A stretch of DNA of 64,000 nt from an uncultured Fibrobacteraceae bacterium (lineage in GTDB: Bacteria > Krumholzibacteriota > Krumholzibacteriia > LZORAL124-64-63): NCBI GenBank assembly GCA_964389015.1, contig CAYMCR010000008.1, forward strand, positions 312 to 64,311, given 5' to 3'. Both the position numbers and the translations under genes were made by a program. This document shows positions 59,510 through 64,000 of the stretch, piece after piece; position 1 is the first letter of the stretch; every line of letters begins with the position of its first letter. Below the pieces are notes generated by a model, which was not told the origin of the DNA, did no database searches, and was given only the letters and a program-made list of their open reading frames with translations.

Positions 59510-61582
59510 TCACGCTTCATCGAGGACGCCGTCGGCGGGGACCTCGATGCGGAAGGTCGAGCCGCGACCTTCCTCCGCTTCGATGGTCAACGTCCCCCTG
59601 TGCTCCTTGACGATCTTCTGCACGACCTGGAGTCCCAGACCGGTCCCCTTGGATCCCTTGGTGGAGTACATGCCGCCCTTTATCTTGGCGATCGTCTGCG
59701 GGCTCATGCCCATGCCGTCATCGTGAACGGCGAAGTAGGCGTTTCCCCCCTCGTACCCCAGTTCGACCACGATGTCGCCTTCCTCGCCCTTGGCGAAGGC
59801 ACCCACGGCGTTGTTGACCAGGTTGGACAGGCATTGATGAAGCGCGTGACGGTCCAGCATCACGCTCCGGTCGGATCCCGGACCCTCGACTCGAATGCTG
59901 ATCTTGCTCGCCGACGGGAACCCGACGCTGGCGATCACATCCTCGACCAGTTTCCTGGGATCGCAGGGGGCCATCACCGGCTTGCGCTCCTTGGCGAAGT
60001 TAAGCAGATCGTTGGCCAGATCGGAGATGATCTTCACGTTGCGCTCGATCATGCCGAAGCCGGTGGCCATCTTCCGCTCGTCCTGTCGCTTCTTCCCGGC
60101 CCGGTAGACGTAGACGCCGCCGTTGAAGCCATCCATGATGTTCTTGATGGAGTGACTGATGCCCGCGGCCGCCTGCCCCGCCGCCGCCAGCCGCTCCGAC
60201 TGGATCAGGTCCTCGCGGAGTTGCTTGATCTCACGCATGTCCTCGAAGAAGAATACCTTGCCGATGTGAATGCCCCGCTCGTACAGGCTGATACCGGCCA
60301 CGCGGATATCGATCCGGGAACCGTCGACTCGTTTGATCGTCGCCTCCCGGGGCGCAAAGCCGCGCACGCGCCGGACCGGCTCGTGTGAGATGGGGATATC
60401 CATGGCCTTCTCGAGCTCCTCGTCCAGGAACTCATGCCATTGTTTTCGGTTGAGCACCTCCGCGCTCGGGACGCCCACCAGTTCTTCGGCCACCTGATTG
60501 AAGATGTTGACGATCCCGTCGGCGTTGGTGGCGATGATGCCGTCGAAGGAGTACTGGATCAAACGCTTCTGGAAATCGTCGGCATCGACCAGCAGCTCCT
60601 GGGACGCCTTGAGCGAGTTGGTCATGTGCCGGATGGAATCCGCGAGCTGGACCACCTCGTCGCCACGGTGTGTCTGATAAACCTCGCAGGTGCGGCAGCC
60701 CTCCAGCTTCTGGGGAAAACGCGGCTCGAATCCCTCGCACGGCGTGTCGTCGATGTACCAGCACTGCTGGGTGAAGTTCTGGTACGCATCACAATCGGTG
60801 CGCTGGCAGTTCTTGATTTCCCAGCAGTTGACATGAACGCCGAAATCGAAGCTGGGATCGAGATTACCGGCGCTGATCTCGTCGGCCACTCTCGTCAGTT
60901 CCTTCAAAGGCGCAACGGCCTTGCGGATCGCGACCCGGGCGACGCCGATCACCAGGGCTCCCGGCATCACCATGAGGATGATGGCCATCAAGGCCGCTCG
61001 CGAAGCGACCCGATCGCCGTACCGGGTCGACACTCCGATGTAGAGTCCGCCGACACGCTCGCCGTTCAACGAGAGGACATAACTGAATTCGTCGAAATCA
61101 CGTGGCTTCCAACCATAGCGGGAAGGGACTGCCTCGTGTGTGGCCAGGTAGGCTTGCAGTCTCGGCGTGTCCGAAGGCGGACGGGCGTGGCAGGCGAGCA
61201 GTTCATCCGCCGCATCAACCACTACGAGATAAGAGATCTGGTCGTCCAGGTCCAGCACCCGGTCCAGCAACACCGGCAACTCGCCCGCCGGCTCATTTGC
61301 CACGACCTTACCGAGGGGAGCGGCCCACATTTCGTAGGACGCCTCGGCCCGGCTGGACAGCATGCCGGAAACCGCATCCTGGGTAGCCCAGTAGACCGCG
61401 ATCAGCACCACGGAACACAGGAACACCATCAGGAAGGTGAAGAAGAGGAGAATCTTGTTTTCCAGCAGAAACTTGCGGTAGATGGGTACAGCTCGTCTGA
61501 CATCCCAGCTCATGACAGCGTGGGCTGGCTGGTTTGCCCGATGAGCTGTACCACGATCGTCATCCGTGGAGTACCTCGCCAT
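59510..61582 (-). CDS. sensor histidine kinase: TM-HAMP, 7-Cys insertion, PAS, HisKA, HATPase_c
   Basis: H-box AAAGQAAAGISHSIKN, G-box GTGLGLQVVQKIV, a PAS region, and the cysteine cluster CWEIKNCQRTDCDAYQNFTQQCWYIDDTPCEGF ... CRTCEVY. The start may be M24 (61513). Confidence 0.8.
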   Translation of the reverse strand: MARYSTDDDRGTAHRANQPAHAVMSWDVRRAVPIYRKFLLENKILLFFTFLMVFLCSVVLIAVYWATQDAVSGMLSSRAEASYEMWAAPLGKVVANEPAGELPVLLDRVLDLDDQISYLVVVDAADELLACHARPPSDTPRLQAYLATHEAVPSRYGWKPRDFDEFSYVLSLNGERVGGLYIGVSTRYGDRVASRAALMAIILMVMPGALVIGVARVAIRKAVAPLKELTRVADEISAGNLDPSFDFGVHVNCWEIKNCQRTDCDAYQNFTQQCWYIDDTPCEGFEPRFPQKLEGCRTCEVYQTHRGDEVVQLADSIRHMTNSLKASQELLVDADDFQKRLIQYSFDGIIATNADGIVNIFNQVAEELVGVPSAEVLNRKQWHEFLDEELEKAMDIPISHEPVRRVRGFAPREATIKRVDGSRIDIRVAGISLYERGIHIGKVFFFEDMREIKQLREDLIQSERLAAAGQAAAGISHSIKNIMDGFNGGVYVYRAGKKRQDERKMATGFGMIERNVKIISDLANDLLNFAKERKPVMAPCDPRKLVEDVIASVGFPSASKISIRVEGPGSDRSVMLDRHALHQCLSNLVNNAVGAFAKGEEGDIVVELGYEGGNAYFAVHDDGMGMSPQTIAKIKGGMYSTKGSKGTGLGLQVVQKIVKEHRGTLTIEAEEGRGSTFRIEVPADGVLDEA

Positions 61583-61979
61583 CCGTGGCCTCGCCCGAGA
61601 GCACGCCGTTGACCACCTTCATCAATTTATCCGGGTCAATGGGTTTCTCGACAAAACCGTCCGGTTTACGCGTCCGATACCGGTCAACGATATCGCCCCA
61701 ATCGATACCGAGCTGATCCTTGATACCGGTGACCATCACCATGGGAATGTTTTTGGTGGCATCATTGGCGCGCAGCTTCGTGAAGAGCTGGATCCCCGTC
61801 CGCCCCGGCATCATCAGGTCGATCAGGATGATGTCGGGCGGTGACTCCAGGATGAGCTGTTCACCCGAAACCGCATCGTTGGCGACCCGCACCGAGAAAT
61901 CGTTCTCCTCGAGAATGGACGACAGGAAAGTCGTCAGGTCCACCTCGTCATCGATTACCACGGCAGTTCTCGCTGGCAT
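61560..61979 (-). CDS. stand-alone response-regulator receiver (CheY-like)
   Basis: 139 aa. VVIDDE ... DIILIDLMMPGRTG ... KNIPMVMVTG receiver motifs (Asp acceptor in IDLMMP). Confidence 0.85.
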   Translation of the reverse strand: MPARTAVVIDDEVDLTTFLSSILEENDFSVRVANDAVSGEQLILESPPDIILIDLMMPGRTGIQLFTKLRANDATKNIPMVMVTGIKDQLGIDWGDIVDRYRTRKPDGFVEKPIDPDKLMKVVNGVLSGEATDGEVLHG

Positions 61980-63376
61980 TACTCAACCTCCTCTGCGATA
62001 TGTGCTGCGGCATCGCCGGCAGCACCCTGCTCTTCGGTTTCCAGGACGATGGCTTTGCCGAACAGGTCGAACACCCCGCCGACCTTCACACCGGTCTCGT
62101 AGTGCTCCATGAGCTGCATGACCTGGCGCTTGCAGTTGGCGCACGGCGCGGCGCAGTAGTTGGCCTTCGTGGTGGCGATCTGGTCCACCTTCACCTTGCC
62201 GACCTTCATGCGGTAGTCGAGGAACGTGCCCTCCAGCTTGGCGACCTTCTCCGCTCCGTCCATGACGGCCAGGCCGCCGCCGCCGCCGCAACACCAGTTC
62301 TCGGTCCGGTTGGGCGTCATCTCGATGAAGTTGTCGGTCATGGCGTTGATCAGGTTCCGCGGCTCCTCGAAGATGCCGGTGGAACGCGCGAAGTTGCAGG
62401 GATCGTGGTAGGTCACGATCTCGTCCACCTTCGACTTGTCGAACTTGAACGCCCCCTTCTGCAGGTATTCGTCGGCCAGTTCGAAGATGTTGGTGGTCTC
62501 GAAGGGGTTGTTGTTCTTCGAAGCCGTCGGGCCCATCCGCTTGGCGATCCTGTAGGCGTGACCGCACTCGCCGATGACCAGCTTATTCACGCCCAGCTCG
62601 ATGCAGGCGTCGTGGGCCACCTGGTTCTTGCGGTTCATGTGCGGATCGTCACCGGTGAACAGGCCGAAGTTCGCGCCGTCGAACGCCTTCGACGACATGG
62701 TCCAGGTGGTCCCGTCGTACACCTCCAGAGCCTTGAAGAAGACGGCCACGCCCATGTGGGTCTCCGGGAAGGAGATGAGATCTGCCGAGGCGGGGATGAA
62801 CAGTATGTCCGCTCCCTCCTTGTCGATGGGTATCTCGACGTCCAGTCCCCAGTCGTCCTTGACCTCCTCGCACAGGAAGCGGCAGGCCTCCACGAACGCC
62901 TTGTAAGTCTGACCCTCGTCGTTCCCCGTCTCGTCGGAGATCCGCTGGGTTTCGGACATCATGAAGGGCGATTTGCCCAGCGCATGGACCACGGCCCGGC
63001 CCTTGCGCGTGATTATGGAATTGTCGATGCCGAAGGGACAGAACTTCGCGCACCGGCGGCAACCGGAGCATTCGTAGAAATCACGCTGCCAGATCTCCAC
63101 CTCTTCGGGACTGATGTCGCGGGCGGCCCCGACGGCCTTCAGCACCTGGCCCCAGGTGGAACCATAGCGCTTGTAGAGCTTCCGGATGAGATCCGAGCGT
63201 TTCGCCGGATTGGCCCGGCTCTCCGGGATGGTCTGGGCCACGTGACACTGATCCGAGCAGATCCCGCACTTGGCGCAGATATCCATGTACAGCTGCAGTA
63301 CCTGTGGTCCGTTCTTGAGGGCCTTGACCTGGTCGATGACCTTCTGCAGGTCCGTGTCGTTATGGTTTGTTTCCAT
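61979..63376 (-). CDS. HdrD/DsrK-like Fe-S oxidoreductase (two [4Fe-4S] ferredoxin motifs + two CCG domains)
   Basis: CAKCGICSDQC and CSGCRRCAKFCP ferredoxin motifs. CCG-domain cysteines (..WCCGGGGG.., HDPCNF). Confidence 0.8.
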   Translation of the reverse strand: METNHNDTDLQKVIDQVKALKNGPQVLQLYMDICAKCGICSDQCHVAQTIPESRANPAKRSDLIRKLYKRYGSTWGQVLKAVGAARDISPEEVEIWQRDFYECSGCRRCAKFCPFGIDNSIITRKGRAVVHALGKSPFMMSETQRISDETGNDEGQTYKAFVEACRFLCEEVKDDWGLDVEIPIDKEGADILFIPASADLISFPETHMGVAVFFKALEVYDGTTWTMSSKAFDGANFGLFTGDDPHMNRKNQVAHDACIELGVNKLVIGECGHAYRIAKRMGPTASKNNNPFETTNIFELADEYLQKGAFKFDKSKVDEIVTYHDPCNFARSTGIFEEPRNLINAMTDNFIEMTPNRTENWCCGGGGGLAVMDGAEKVAKLEGTFLDYRMKVGKVKVDQIATTKANYCAAPCANCKRQVMQLMEHYETGVKVGGVFDLFGKAIVLETEEQGAAGDAAAHIAEEVE

Positions 63377-63377
63377 C

Positions 63378-63965
63378 TTAGTAGTCCTTTGCTAGCAAGG
63401 TTCTGCTGAAGAAAATGCCCGGAATGTGCAGGAACTTGCCGAAGGGCAGGTAGATCAACAGCAATTGCACAGCGAAGTAATGCATCAGGAACAGGTGGTC
63501 CTGAGGCACCATGGTTTCGCTGGTACTGAACAGAGTGCCGAAGTACAACTGCACCTGGGTGATGTCGTAGTGCGCGAAGAAACGCATCATGTTACCGGTC
63601 ACCAGGATGAAAAGCAGCAACAGCAGTACTCCGTAATCCTCGCCGGAGGACATTTCGCGGACCCGCGTGAGTGTGAATCGGCGGAACAGCAGTAACAGGC
63701 AACAGACCAGGGCCAACACGCCCGCGATGCCACCGCCCCAGGCACTGATGGAGTGAACGGTTTCTTCCGACAGTCCCAGCAACACACGCAGGGGCCAGTC
63801 GGTGATCAGACGGGAATGACCCAAGACGATCAGGACGATCGCGGTGTGAAACGGCCAGGTCGTCAGCCAGAGGGATTTGTTTTCCTTCCGGAAACTGCTG
63901 AACCAGACCACCTCTCCCATCACCTTCTTGAACAGCTGAGAGCCATCGGCCGCGGAGGGGAACAA
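63378..63965 (-). CDS. NarI-type membrane b-cytochrome (DsrM/HdrE-like) partner of the HdrD-like protein
   Basis: 195 aa with 5 TM helices and conserved His in helices (FHTAIVLIVLGHS, FFAHYD). 2-nt spacing to the downstream Fe-S subunit gene. The N-terminus may extend toward the window edge. Confidence 0.65.
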   Translation of the reverse strand: MFPSAADGSQLFKKVMGEVVWFSSFRKENKSLWLTTWPFHTAIVLIVLGHSRLITDWPLRVLLGLSEETVHSISAWGGGIAGVLALVCCLLLLFRRFTLTRVREMSSGEDYGVLLLLLFILVTGNMMRFFAHYDITQVQLYFGTLFSTSETMVPQDHLFLMHYFAVQLLLIYLPFGKFLHIPGIFFSRTLLAKDY

Positions 63966-64000
63966 GGCGATGTTGCCAACAGCGGCCTTTTGCCATCGCC

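Overview
High-GC (~67%) bacterial chromosomal segment, probably from an FCB-superphylum lineage: Gemmatimonadota- or candidate-phylum-like. Several secreted proteins end in T9SS/Por-type C-terminal domains, and 4-nt ATGA gene overlaps are common. Many long ORFs on the opposite strand are GC artefacts and are not called.

Layout, left to right:
(1) A tRNA cluster thrU(UGU)-tyrU(GUA)-glyT(UCC) on the minus strand with a near-consensus sigma70 promoter. It has the same order as the E. coli thrU-tyrU-glyT-thrT-tufB operon.
(2) cysS, ddl and ispF co-oriented with, and overlapping into, a large surface-polysaccharide locus (about 3.4-21.5 kb). The locus encodes a VanZ-like membrane protein, two PaaK/CapK-like adenylate-forming ligases, two GT2 and three or four GT4 glycosyltransferases and a hexapeptide acetyltransferase. 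It also encodes a WbdD-like methyltransferase/kinase fusion, a KamA-family radical-SAM aminomutase and a Wzy/O-antigen-ligase-like polymerase. Two paralogous secreted proteins bracket the locus.
(3) A lipoprotein with three Ig-like domains, then tyrS-aroC-aroA and a divergent MATE efflux gene. A 220-bp nested palindrome lies between aroA and the MATE gene.
(4) Three secreted proteins sharing a Cys-containing C-terminal module that ends G-x-V-K-x-L-Y-R. One of them carries a choice-of-anchor-J N-terminal domain.
(5) An operon of outer-membrane protein, MBL hydrolase, MFS transporter and TonB-dependent receptor.
(6) A small helical protein plus a GlnE-like double nucleotidyltransferase.
(7) A four-subunit 2-oxoacid:ferredoxin oxidoreductase operon (korDABG).
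(8) A Zn-ribbon methyltransferase, ispD, radA, and a mazEF toxin-antitoxin pair with an operator palindrome and a 29-bp perfect-stem bidirectional terminator.
(9) A T9SS-type S8 peptidase with a P-domain and a T9SS-type C1 peptidase. Between them sits a CE4 deacetylase, FemAB-like acyltransferase and patatin operon.
(10) A sensor kinase with a 7-Cys insertion plus a REC protein, next to HdrD/DsrK-like and NarI/DsrM-like genes.

No CRISPR array, rRNA or transposase was seen.
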